The position numbers and the translations under genes are program-made. The notes below the pieces were generated by a model. The model made no database searches. It worked only from the letters and a program-made list of their open reading frames with translations, and was not told the origin of the DNA. From an uncultured delta proteobacterium (lineage in GTDB: Bacteria; Desulfobacterota; Binatia; Binatales; Binataceae): a stretch of DNA of 64,000 nt. Position 1 is the stretch's first letter, and each line of letters starts with the position of its first letter. Below, in pieces: positions 29,871 to 39,447 of the stretch. The DNA lies in the NCBI GenBank assembly GCA_963794325.1, contig CAWCDG010000004.1, positions 1,536,001 through 1,600,000 on the forward strand. The letters are read 5' to 3'.

Positions 29871-30893
29871 ATGAAGAGAGTTCTTGTCACAGGGGCCGGT
29901 GGCTTCATTGGCCACCATCTTGTGAATTATCTCAAAAGCAAGAGCTACTGGGTGCGAGGCGCGGATCAGAAACACCCGGAGTATCAGGCGAGCGCAGCGG
30001 ACGATTTTGCGCTGCTGGACCTGCGCCGTTGGGAAGATTGCCTGAAGGCCACCGACGGTATCGACGAGGTGTACGCGCTGGCCGCGGACATGGGGGGAAT
30101 GGGGTATATCTCGGCGCATCATGCGGAGATTTTTCGCAACAATTCGTTGATCAACATTCACACGCTGGACGCTGCGCGCGAGAACGGCGCGAAACGCTAT
30201 CTCTACACTTCGTCGGCATGCGTTTATCCCGAGTACCGGCAGCACGATGCGAATGTCACGCCGCTGAAGGAAAGCGACGCTTACCCGGCGCAGCCCCAGG
30301 ATGCATACGGCTGGGAGAAGCTGGTGACCGAGAGGTTGTGCACGCACTACCAGGAAGATTTCGGGCTCGAAACGCGCATCGTGCGCTTCCACAATATTTT
30401 TGGACCGCTTGGCACCTGGGATGGAGGGCGCGAGAAGGCGCCCGCCGCGTTGTGCCGCAAGGTGTCTCACGCCAAGCATAGCGGCAATCATGAGATCGAG
30501 ATCTGGGGCGACGGCGAACAGACCCGATCGTTTTGTTACATCGACGATTGTGTGGACGGGATCTACCGGTTGATGCGCTCGGACTACAAGGAGCCGCTCA
30601 ATCTCGGCCAGGATCGATTAGTGACGGTCAACGAACTCGCCGATATGATCGCCGCAGTGGCGGGGATCAAAATAACCAGAAAGCACGTACCGGGACCTCA
30701 AGGAGTGCGCGGCCGCAATTCTGATAACACGCGCTTGCGTGAAGTCCTTGGTTGGGAGCCGCGGATAAGCCTGGAAGAAGGTCTCAAGCAGACTTATCAA
30801 TGGATCGATCGCCAGGTGCGTGCGGCGGAACGGCGCGGTGCGCCGGTGGCAATTGAGAATCCATCGAGTGCGGGACGCCGAGCGACAGTATAG
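29871..30893 (+). CDS. NAD-dependent epimerase, GDP-mannose 3',5'-epimerase-like
   Basis: GAGGFIG, LAADMGGMG, SSACVYP, YGWEK, RFHNIFGP, GGREKAPAALCRK, GVRGRNSDN. Confidence 0.88.
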   Translation: MKRVLVTGAGGFIGHHLVNYLKSKSYWVRGADQKHPEYQASAADDFALLDLRRWEDCLKATDGIDEVYALAADMGGMGYISAHHAEIFRNNSLINIHTLDAARENGAKRYLYTSSACVYPEYRQHDANVTPLKESDAYPAQPQDAYGWEKLVTERLCTHYQEDFGLETRIVRFHNIFGPLGTWDGGREKAPAALCRKVSHAKHSGNHEIEIWGDGEQTRSFCYIDDCVDGIYRLMRSDYKEPLNLGQDRLVTVNELADMIAAVAGIKITRKHVPGPQGVRGRNSDNTRLREVLGWEPRISLEEGLKQTYQWIDRQVRAAERRGAPVAIENPSSAGRRATV

Positions 30894-30902
30894 TAATCGC
30901 GC

Positions 30903-32240
30903 ATGGCAGGCGCAGAAAAGCAAAATGCCTTTTCCGCGGCGCCGACCGAGTCGGCACGTGAGTTGGACTTTTACGAGGAAGCTCGCGAAAGCGAACGTCC
31001 CGTCGAATCGAAAGTCCTGGTTGGTCGAACCCGGGTATTGTTCCTGAACCGTTCCTTTTGGCCCGACCGCGAAGCGACCGGTCAATTCCTCACCGAACTT
31101 TGCGACGACCTTTCGACAGACCATGAAGTTACAATCGTGGCAGGGCCGTCATATCACACCAAGGAGGGGAACCCTGGCGGCTTTCGTTTGTGGTCGCGCG
31201 AACGCCGCGGCAAGGTCACAATCATTCGCACCGCGGGCACCAGATTTTCAAAATCAAATCTCGCGGGCCGACTGGTCAATCTGGGCACCTACTACCTGTT
31301 GGCGGCGATAGTGGCTTACCGGCTGCCACGGCCGGATGTAATCGTTGCTGAGACCGATCCTCCATTGTTGGGCGCGCTCGCGGCAGTTTTGAAACGACGC
31401 TGGCGATGCCGGCTGGTTTACAATGTGCGGGACCTTTATCCCGACGTTGCGGAAGTCACCGGCGGTGTGCACAGCCCATTCCTGCTGGAGATGCTGCGGC
31501 GCGGCAACGAATACGCATACGAGCGCGCCGACCTGATCGTGACGCTCGGCCATGATATGGCGCGTCGAATCATGGGAAAAGGCGTCCCGACGGAAAAGGT
31601 GGTGGTGATTCCGGATTGGGTGGACTGTGGGCGAATCCGTCCGCTTGAGGGTAGTCAGTTGCGGCGAAGTTTTGGCAACAAGTTCGTCGTTATGTATTCG
31701 GGCAACGTAGGACTGACGCAGCAGCTCGAGGCGGTGCTCATGGCAGCCGACCGGCTGCGCGATGATCAGCGAATTTTGTTTGCTATAGTCGGCGAAGGCG
31801 CGCGGAAAAAGTGGCTCCAGGACCAGTCGGTCGCGATGGGACTGAACAACGTGAGCTTCATGGGGTATCAGCCGCTGGAGAGGCTTGGCGAGTCGCTGAG
31901 TGCCGCCGATCTCCATCTCATTCCGCTGGCGGAGGGTGTGGCTGGATGCCTGGTGCCAAGCAAGATTTATGGAATCCTGGCTGCGGGCCGGCCCTTCATC
32001 GCGATGATGGAAGATAGCGCCGAGGTTGCGCAGATCGCGCGCAATGACGCAGTCGGGTTCGTAGTGCGGCCGGGCGACATCGATGCGCTCGTCGCCGCGA
32101 TTCGCGAAGCGGCTGATGCGCCGGAACATCTCAAGCAGATGGGTTTGCGGGCGCGACGTCTGGCAGAGCTGCGGTTCGATCGGAACAAGGTCACTACCAG
32201 GTTCGGCGCGATGCTGGCCGGTGTCGCGACCTGGAATTAA
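30903..32240 (+). CDS. GT4 glycosyltransferase (WcaI/WbuB-like)
   Basis: NRSFWPD, ETDPP, RDLYPD, YSGNVG, VPSKIYGILAAGRP. Confidence 0.88.
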   Translation: MAGAEKQNAFSAAPTESARELDFYEEARESERPVESKVLVGRTRVLFLNRSFWPDREATGQFLTELCDDLSTDHEVTIVAGPSYHTKEGNPGGFRLWSRERRGKVTIIRTAGTRFSKSNLAGRLVNLGTYYLLAAIVAYRLPRPDVIVAETDPPLLGALAAVLKRRWRCRLVYNVRDLYPDVAEVTGGVHSPFLLEMLRRGNEYAYERADLIVTLGHDMARRIMGKGVPTEKVVVIPDWVDCGRIRPLEGSQLRRSFGNKFVVMYSGNVGLTQQLEAVLMAADRLRDDQRILFAIVGEGARKKWLQDQSVAMGLNNVSFMGYQPLERLGESLSAADLHLIPLAEGVAGCLVPSKIYGILAAGRPFIAMMEDSAEVAQIARNDAVGFVVRPGDIDALVAAIREAADAPEHLKQMGLRARRLAELRFDRNKVTTRFGAMLAGVATWN

Positions 32241-32251
32241 CGGGAGAGAAA

Positions 32252-32614
32252 ATGAATCGAGCAAGAAAGCCGGTTCGGATTGTCCCCAAGGGATGGGGCC
32301 GCGAAGTATGGATCGCTAATGGCGATCTCTACTGCGGAAAAATCCTGGAAATTCGCAAGGGCAAGAAGTGCTCACTGCACTACCACAAGCTGAAGACTGA
32401 ATCGTTCTACTTGCGCAGTGGTAAGCTGATCGTGCGGGTCAAAGAGTCGCCGGATAGCGCCACGATCGACGAGTTCGAACTGGTGGCAGGCGAATGCATG
32501 GACGTCCCGATCGGATTGGTGCATCAGATGGAAGCGATCGAAGACGCCGAGCTGTTTGAATTTTCGACCCAACACTTTGACAGCGATTCGCATCGGCTGG
32601 TGCCCGGCGACTGA
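32252..32614 (+). CDS. Cupin-domain protein (sugar isomerase-like)
   Basis: KGWGRE...CSLHYHKLKTESFY...VHQM...EFST cupin metal motif. Confidence 0.8.
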   Translation: MNRARKPVRIVPKGWGREVWIANGDLYCGKILEIRKGKKCSLHYHKLKTESFYLRSGKLIVRVKESPDSATIDEFELVAGECMDVPIGLVHQMEAIEDAELFEFSTQHFDSDSHRLVPGD

Positions 32615-32642
32615 ATCCGGACGGCGGCAAGGCCAGCAACGG

Positions 32643-32669
32643 GGCGCGGTAATATGCCGCGCCTTTTTT
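32643..32669 (+). terminator. Rho-independent terminator between the cupin gene and gmd
   Basis: GGCGCGGTA-ATA-TGCCGCGCC stem followed by TTTTTT. Confidence 0.75.
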
Positions 32670-32745
32670 GTTTGCGTCGATGGGCAGGTTTTTGCCCTCG
32701 AACGGACGTGATATATTTTTGCGTTACCGCGCGACGCATAAAACC

Positions 32746-33762
32746 ATGGCACAAGTAGCATTAATCACCGGCGTGACCGGACAGGACGGTTCGTACCTCG
32801 CAGAGTTTCTGCTGAATAAGGGATATGAAGTGCACGGCATGGTGCGCCGCACTTCGAGTTTCGCGACGGGCCGAATCGACCATCTGCGCAAAGGCTTCGG
32901 TCCGGGCTCGGAAGGTCTGCAACTGCATTACGGCGACCTCGGCGACGGTACCGGGCTGCGGCGAATCATCGAGCAGGTGCGTCCCGACGAGGTTTACAAT
33001 CTTGCCGCGCAATCGCACGTGCGCATTTCATTCGACCAGCCTGAATACACGGCGGACGTCGTTGGCCTCGGGGCGCTGCGATTGCTCGAGGCGTTGCGCG
33101 ATCACAACAAACGTCGCGGGCGAGCGTCGAAGCTGTACCAGGCGGGATCGTCGGAGATGTTCGGCAAGATAACCGAGCAGCCGCAGCGCGAGACCACTCC
33201 GTTTCATCCGCGGAGTCCTTACGCCTGTGCCAAGGTCTATGCGCACTGGCAGACGGTCAACTATCGCGAAGCGTATGGGCTGTTCGCCTGCAACGGGATT
33301 CTTTTCAATCACGAGTCGCCAAGGCGCGGCGAAAATTTCGTGACGCGCAAGATCACGCGCAGCGCGACCCGCATAAAGTTGGGCATTCAGGAGAAGCTGG
33401 CACTCGGAAATCTGGACGCGCGACGCGACTGGGGATTTGCCGGCGACTACGTCGAAGCGATGTGGCTGATGCTGCAGCAAGAGCAGCCAGACGACTACGT
33501 AATCGCGACCGGCGAGACTCATTCAGTGCAGGAATTTCTCGAAGTGGTGTTCGATCGCCTGAAGCTGAAATGGCAGGATCACGTCGAGATCGAGCAGCGG
33601 TTCTTCCGTCCCGCGGAAGTCGATCTGTTGATCGGCGACGCCTCGAAAGCGAAGCGTCAACTCGGTTGGACGCCCAAGGTTAAGTTCGAGAAGCTCGCCG
33701 AACTGATGATCGAAGCGGATCTTGAACTTGCCGAACGCGAACTACGCAGCAAGCCACATTAA
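32746..33762 (+). CDS. gmd: GDP-mannose 4,6-dehydratase
   Basis: [58 protein letters not shown]. Confidence 0.96.
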   Translation: MAQVALITGVTGQDGSYLAEFLLNKGYEVHGMVRRTSSFATGRIDHLRKGFGPGSEGLQLHYGDLGDGTGLRRIIEQVRPDEVYNLAAQSHVRISFDQPEYTADVVGLGALRLLEALRDHNKRRGRASKLYQAGSSEMFGKITEQPQRETTPFHPRSPYACAKVYAHWQTVNYREAYGLFACNGILFNHESPRRGENFVTRKITRSATRIKLGIQEKLALGNLDARRDWGFAGDYVEAMWLMLQQEQPDDYVIATGETHSVQEFLEVVFDRLKLKWQDHVEIEQRFFRPAEVDLLIGDASKAKRQLGWTPKVKFEKLAELMIEADLELAERELRSKPH

Positions 33763-33775
33763 GGAAAATAGTTAG

Positions 33776-36700
33776 CTAGCCGGCGGCGCGCTTGATGGCG
33801 GCGGCCTCGAACTCGCGCTCGAGGCGCTCGATGTCGGCCGGTGAGAGGCTGAAATATTTGGCCTCGGGATGATGGAAGACGACGGCGCTGACCGCGCTTT
33901 CGGGATCCATCATGAAGCCGTCGGTAAGTTGCACGCCGATCGCGTTTTTCTCTACCTCGAGCAGGCGGAACAGCGGCTCCTGATCTTCGAGACGCGGACA
34001 AGCGGGATAGCCGAACGAAAAACGCTTGCCATGGTAGTGCGCCTGCACGAGGTCCTTGAGCGAGAGTCCCGGCGGATCGCCGAAGCCCCACATCTGGCGA
34101 ATCTTCAGGTGCAGCAGCTCGGCGAACGCCTCGGCCCCTTCGAGCGCGAGCACCTGAAGGATGTGCGAGCGCAGGTAATCGCCCTTCTCTTTCCAATCCT
34201 CGGCGAGCGCGCGCACGCCCGTGCCGATGGTCGTGACGAACATGCAGAGATAGTCGGTGCGGCCGGAGTCGCGCGACGCGACGTAGTCGGCCAGGCACAA
34301 ATGCGGCGGGTCGCTCTGGCGGCCGAAGGTGAACGACTCGAGCGTGGTTTTGCCGTCCGGCGAAAAAATCATGACGGTGCGATCGCCGTCGGACTGCACG
34401 GGGAAAAATCTGAAAACGGCGTTCGCGGAAATGTCGGCGCGCGCGAGAATTTGTTGCGCGACTTCTTCGACGCGATCGTGAAGCTCGCGCGCTTTGGGGT
34501 CGGCGGCCTCGAACGCCTCGACAAAATTCTGGAAGCCGAGATGCTTCGAGTAGAGGTTCTTGGGATTGATGTACTCGAAGATCTCGCCGAGATCGTAGTT
34601 GCGGATCACATGAGTCTTCAGGTCGGGCGGCTTCGGAATCTCGACGTCGCGACGCACCGATGAAGTGCGCGGGGTCGCGTCCGCCGGCGCATCGACCACT
34701 TTCGGCGCCGCCTCGAGCATCTTTTTGGATTGCTCGGCGAGCACGTGCTTGAGCGATTCGCGCCGCTCGAAGTCCATGATCTGATTGGCGAGATCCAGGC
34801 CGTTCATCGCGTCATTGGCGTACGCAACGAGGCCCGGATATTCGGGAGCGATTTTCATGCGCGTGAAGCGGTTCGACAGCGCGGCGCCGCCGACCAGGAT
34901 CGGACAATCGATCCCCGCGGTCTTCAAGTCCTGCGCCGTCGCGACCATCATCTGCGCCGACTTCACCAGCAACCCCGACAGTCCGATCGCGTCAGGCCCG
35001 TGCTCGCGGAACGCCTTGATCAGCTCCTCGGGCGGCACCTTGATCCCGAGATTGACGACGCGGTAGCCGTTGTTGCTGAGAATTATCTCGACCAGGTTCT
35101 TGCCGATGTCGTGAACATCGCCCTTAACCGTCGCGAGAATAATCTTGCCCTTGGTCGCGCTCTCGGATTTCTGCATATGCGGTTCGAGGTGCGCGACCGC
35201 GGCCTTCATCGCCTCGGCCGATTGCAGAACTTCGGCGACGATCATCTGATTGGCGTTGAACAACCGTCCGACCTCGTCCATGCCCTTCATCAACGGGCCG
35301 TTGATGATTTCGAGCGGGCCGCGCGTCGTCAGCGCCTCGTTGAGGTCGTCGACCAGGCCGTCCTTCGAGCCTTCGAGGATGTATCGCGCGAGGCGACCGT
35401 CGAGCGGCATCGACTTGCGATCCTCGGCGGTGACGGTGCTTTTGCGCTCGCGGAAATGAGCGGCGAAGGCTGCGATCGGATCGTCGCCGCGCCACCAGAT
35501 CAAATCCTCGGCGAGTTTGCGCTCTTCTTCAGGAATCGTCGGATAGCGATGCAGCTTTTCCGAATTGACGATCGCGAGGTCGAGACCCGCCTGAACGCAG
35601 TGATAGAGCATCACGGCGTTGAGCACTTCGCGGCCCGCCTCCGGCAGTCCGAAGGAAACGTTCGATATGCCGAGGATCGTTTTGCAACTAGGCAGCGCTT
35701 CCTTGATCAGGCGAATGCCCTCGATCGTCTCGATGCCGGAGCCGATATAATTTTTGTCGCCGGTGCCGACCGGGAACACGAGCGGATCGAAAATGATGTC
35801 CTCGGGCTCGACGCCGTATTTTTCGGTGAGCAGCTTGAACGAACGCTCCGCCACCTGCAGTTTGCGCTGCCGTGTAACGGCTTGCGCCTGCTGCTTGTCG
35901 TCGTCGATACATCCGACGACCAGTGCGGCGCCGAAGCGGCGCGCCAGCGGCACGACCTTCTTGAAGCGATCCTCGCCGTCTTCCAGGTTAATCGAATTGA
36001 TCAGCGACTTGCCCGGCGTGCGCTTGAGCGACTCTTCGATCACGCGATGATCGGTCGAGTCGATCATCAGCGGCACTTTTACTTTTTTGACTTCGATTTC
36101 GAGAAAACGGGTGACGTCCGTCATCTCGTCGCGATCCGGATCCTGCAGGCATACGTCGAGGATGTGCGCGCCGCGGCGCACCTGCACGCGCCCAACCTCG
36201 GAAGCCTCCTCGACCTTACCGTCGGCGATCAGCCGCTTGAACTTCCGGCTGCCGAGCACGTTGGTGCGCTCGCCCACGATCACCGGCCGCGTGTCGTTGT
36301 CGATCACGAGAGTCTCGATGCCGGAAACGACCGAGCGCCTGAGAGTCGAGCGCTCGCGCGGACGTTTGCCGGCGACGGCTTGGACCAGCAGGCGGATATG
36401 TTCGGGTGTCGTGCCGCAGCATCCGCCGACTAGATTGACCCAGCCGTTTTCGGCGAAGCGCGCAATTTTCCCCGCGAGCATCTCGGGGGTCTCGTTGTAA
36501 TTTCCCTCTTCGTCGGGCAGACCCGCGTTGGGAATGCACGCCACGAAGAATTTGGAGATGCCGGAAAGAGTGCGCAGGTGATCGGTCATGAAGTCGGGAC
36601 CGGTCGCGCAATTGAGGCCCATCCAGAGCAGGTCGCGATGGGCGAGCGAGGTGTAGAACGCCTCGATGTCCTGTCCGCTGAGCAGAGTGCCCATCGTCTC

Positions 36701-37303
36701 GATCGTTCCCGACACACAGACCGCGGGCGCGACGCCTAGTTTCGCGATCGCAGCCTCGATCGCGACGAGACCCGCTTTGCAGTTCAAGGTGTCGTTGACG
36801 GTTTCGAGGAGCAGAATGTCGGCGCCGCCTTCGATCAATCCTTCGGCCTGAATTTGATAGCCGTCACGCATCTGATCGAACGTGACGCCGCCGGTGACCG
36901 AGATGCTCTTGGTCGTCGGGCCCATCGAGCCCGCTACGAAGCGCGGACGGTCGGGGGTGCTGAATTTGGCGGCCCGCTCGCGCGCGAGAGTCGCGGCGAT
37001 GCGGTTGAGTGCGTGCGTTTCCTGTTCGAGTCCGTACTCGGCGAGCACGATTGGGCTCGCCTGGAAGCTCGCGGTCTCGATTACGTCGGCGCCCACTTCG
37101 AGGAAGCCGTCGTGCATCCGGCGAATCAGATCCGGCCGCGTGCGCACGACGTTCTCGTTGCATCCTTCATATCGAGCGCCGCCGTAATCCGCCGCGCTCA
37201 GATTTTCGCCGAGCACGAAGGTCCCGAATGCGCCGTCCAGAACGAGGATTCGTTCGGCGAGCAGCTCGTTGAGGAGCTTGATCCTGTGCGCATCGGTGGT
37301 CAT
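33776..37303 (-). CDS. metH: Cobalamin-dependent methionine synthase
   Basis: LDGAFGT, GLNCATG, GGCCGTTP (Hcy domain), GERTNVLGS (pterin domain), GDVHDIGKN (B12 motif), RFSFGYPACP activation domain. Confidence 0.97.
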   Translation of the reverse strand: MTTDAHRIKLLNELLAERILVLDGAFGTFVLGENLSAADYGGARYEGCNENVVRTRPDLIRRMHDGFLEVGADVIETASFQASPIVLAEYGLEQETHALNRIAATLARERAAKFSTPDRPRFVAGSMGPTTKSISVTGGVTFDQMRDGYQIQAEGLIEGGADILLLETVNDTLNCKAGLVAIEAAIAKLGVAPAVCVSGTIETMGTLLSGQDIEAFYTSLAHRDLLWMGLNCATGPDFMTDHLRTLSGISKFFVACIPNAGLPDEEGNYNETPEMLAGKIARFAENGWVNLVGGCCGTTPEHIRLLVQAVAGKRPRERSTLRRSVVSGIETLVIDNDTRPVIVGERTNVLGSRKFKRLIADGKVEEASEVGRVQVRRGAHILDVCLQDPDRDEMTDVTRFLEIEVKKVKVPLMIDSTDHRVIEESLKRTPGKSLINSINLEDGEDRFKKVVPLARRFGAALVVGCIDDDKQQAQAVTRQRKLQVAERSFKLLTEKYGVEPEDIIFDPLVFPVGTGDKNYIGSGIETIEGIRLIKEALPSCKTILGISNVSFGLPEAGREVLNAVMLYHCVQAGLDLAIVNSEKLHRYPTIPEEERKLAEDLIWWRGDDPIAAFAAHFRERKSTVTAEDRKSMPLDGRLARYILEGSKDGLVDDLNEALTTRGPLEIINGPLMKGMDEVGRLFNANQMIVAEVLQSAEAMKAAVAHLEPHMQKSESATKGKIILATVKGDVHDIGKNLVEIILSNNGYRVVNLGIKVPPEELIKAFREHGPDAIGLSGLLVKSAQMMVATAQDLKTAGIDCPILVGGAALSNRFTRMKIAPEYPGLVAYANDAMNGLDLANQIMDFERRESLKHVLAEQSKKMLEAAPKVVDAPADATPRTSSVRRDVEIPKPPDLKTHVIRNYDLGEIFEYINPKNLYSKHLGFQNFVEAFEAADPKARELHDRVEEVAQQILARADISANAVFRFFPVQSDGDRTVMIFSPDGKTTLESFTFGRQSDPPHLCLADYVASRDSGRTDYLCMFVTTIGTGVRALAEDWKEKGDYLRSHILQVLALEGAEAFAELLHLKIRQMWGFGDPPGLSLKDLVQAHYHGKRFSFGYPACPRLEDQEPLFRLLEVEKNAIGVQLTDGFMMDPESAVSAVVFHHPEAKYFSLSPADIERLEREFEAAAIKRAAG

Positions 37304-37398
37304 TGTTGGATGCCCGTTCAGGTGCGGGCGGTAACCAACTAAGTTATCCTAGCCATGCAGACCGCGCAATTTTGTCCGATTCGCATGCCGTTCTCTCA

Positions 37399-38322
37399 AT
37401 GAGTACCAATTCGCAATCGCAACCGCGTCTCGTGCTGGTGACTGGCGGCGCTGGCTTCATCGGATCGAATCTCGTTGACGCACTGATCGCCGCGGGCTTG
37501 CGCGTGCGGACGATCGACAACTTTGCCACCGGCCGGCGCGATGGTGTTAACCACGCGGCCGAGGTCGTCGAAGCGGACATCCGCGACGCGTCCTCGATTG
37601 ACGCTGCCTTCGACGGCGTCGATACGGTGTTCCATGTCGCGGCGCAGCCACGAATTCCACTTTCGATTGCGAAGCCGGTCGAGACGCACATGACCAACGT
37701 GGTTGGGACCCTGAACGTGCTGATCGCCGCGCGCGATCATAAGGTTCGCCGCGTCGTGTACTCGGGATCGTCGTCGGTGTACGGCGATCAGGCAACGATA
37801 CCGCTGGTCGAGACGATGACACCGAATCCGCTCAACCCGTACGCGCTGCAGAAATATGTCGGCGAAGAGTACGCGCGAATGTTTCATCGATTGTTCGCGA
37901 TGCAGACGATCACACTCCGCTACTTCGGCGTGTACGGTCCGCGGATGGCGTACGAGGGATCGTACGTGCTGGCGATCGCGGCGTTTCTGAAGGCGCGGCG
38001 CGACGGCCGGCCGCTTGAAATCTACGGCGACGGCGAACAGACGCGGGATTTTACGCATGTCAGCGACGTGGTGTCGGCAAACATCCTTGCGATGGATTGC
38101 GAGATTGCCGACGGGCGCGCGATCAACATTGGGCGCGGCGAGAATGTCAGCCTGAATCGGATCGCCGCGATGATCGGCGGGCCGATCGTTCATCATGAAG
38201 GACGCGCCGGCGATATGCGCGACACGCTGGCGGATCGCACTGAGGCTGAGCGAGTCCTGGGATGGCGGCCGCGCGTGTCGATCGAAGAAGGGATCGCGGA
38301 CCTGTTGAAACGACAGGTCTAG
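37399..38322 (+). CDS. NAD-dependent nucleotide-sugar 4-epimerase (GalE/WbpP-like)
   Basis: GGAGFIGS, SSSVYG, YALQK, YGDGEQTRDF. Confidence 0.88.
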   Translation: MSTNSQSQPRLVLVTGGAGFIGSNLVDALIAAGLRVRTIDNFATGRRDGVNHAAEVVEADIRDASSIDAAFDGVDTVFHVAAQPRIPLSIAKPVETHMTNVVGTLNVLIAARDHKVRRVVYSGSSSVYGDQATIPLVETMTPNPLNPYALQKYVGEEYARMFHRLFAMQTITLRYFGVYGPRMAYEGSYVLAIAAFLKARRDGRPLEIYGDGEQTRDFTHVSDVVSANILAMDCEIADGRAINIGRGENVSLNRIAAMIGGPIVHHEGRAGDMRDTLADRTEAERVLGWRPRVSIEEGIADLLKRQV

Positions 38323-39404
38323 TAATCCGAAGGAATCGGGGTGGCGCCGCGGGCGCTTGATTCGTAGCACGCCTCGACCACGCCCATCGTGCGGATCGCA
38401 TCTTCGACGCCCGAAAGCAGTCTCGAGTCCTCGCCGGCGACGAAGCGTTGCAGGTCCGACATCGGGCCTTCGAAGGCTTCGAGAAACCACGAACCGCGCA
38501 ACGCAACTGCGTTCCAGCCATTTGAATCTTCAGTCGCGAATTCCAAAGTGTCGGGCTCGCCAGCGGGATAGTTGAGGTTCACGCCCATCTTTGCGATCGC
38601 CGCGCCGCGCGTACCCTCAATCTTCAGCTGCGACATCCCGTAGCGTCTGCCGAATGTGTGCGCGTGATTCATCGTCAGGTTGCATCGAATCGTGTCGCCG
38701 TAATCGAGGACGATACTGGTGCGCGTGTCGGAGTAATCCGGCATCGCGGGATGGCGCACGCCTTTGCAATAGACGCCGCGCGGCTCGCCAATCAACGATC
38801 GAATCAAATCGAGATAGTGTATCGAATGCATCAGCACTTCGAGGCGCGGCACGTTTTTGAGGAACGCCCAGTAGTTCCATGGCGTGTGCAGATTGATTCG
38901 TACTTCGAGGTCGAGGATGTCGCCGAAGACGCCGCGCTCGAGCGCGTCCTTGATGGCGAGCATGTTGGGCGCGAAGCGGAGCTGAAAATTCACTGCGGCG
39001 CGTAGCTTTCGCTCGCGACAGATCGCAACGATTCGGCGTGCGTCAACCAGGTCGCGGCCCAACGGCTTTTGAATCAACACTGCGGCGCCGATCGGCAGCC
39101 GCTCGAGCACGCTCGCGACGTTCTCAGGCGGGATCGCGACGTCGAAGATCGCGTCGCGGGTCAACGCGGCTTCGTCGATCGACTCGAAAACTCGCGGAAT
39201 CGCAAACGCCGCTGCGCGATCGCGGCTCGCATCCGGATTCACGTCGAAAATGCCGGCGACCGGAAAGCCGAGACGTTGGTAGACCGGCAGATGCGCGTCG
39301 CGAACGATGCTCCCCGCGCCGATCACGACGATCGGCTTCGGCGCCGATGGACGCGGCCATGACTGGCGCAGATCGCGAATCGAGGCTGGCAATTGAGTCG
39401 TCAT
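38319..39404 (-). CDS. Gfo/Idh/MocA family oxidoreductase
   Basis: IGAGSIV...H, QKPLG, NFQLRF, HSIHYLD. Confidence 0.85.
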   Translation of the reverse strand: MTTQLPASIRDLRQSWPRPSAPKPIVVIGAGSIVRDAHLPVYQRLGFPVAGIFDVNPDASRDRAAAFAIPRVFESIDEAALTRDAIFDVAIPPENVASVLERLPIGAAVLIQKPLGRDLVDARRIVAICRERKLRAAVNFQLRFAPNMLAIKDALERGVFGDILDLEVRINLHTPWNYWAFLKNVPRLEVLMHSIHYLDLIRSLIGEPRGVYCKGVRHPAMPDYSDTRTSIVLDYGDTIRCNLTMNHAHTFGRRYGMSQLKIEGTRGAAIAKMGVNLNYPAGEPDTLEFATEDSNGWNAVALRGSWFLEAFEGPMSDLQRFVAGEDSRLLSGVEDAIRTMGVVEACYESSARGATPIPSDY

Positions 39405-39447
39405 CGCCGGTCGCGCGATGCTACCATGCCGCGCAGAGGAAGCGATC

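Noticed and set aside
34730-36433. 567-aa ORF on + strand
   Set aside because: Antisense shadow of metH, typical of GC-rich codon usage.
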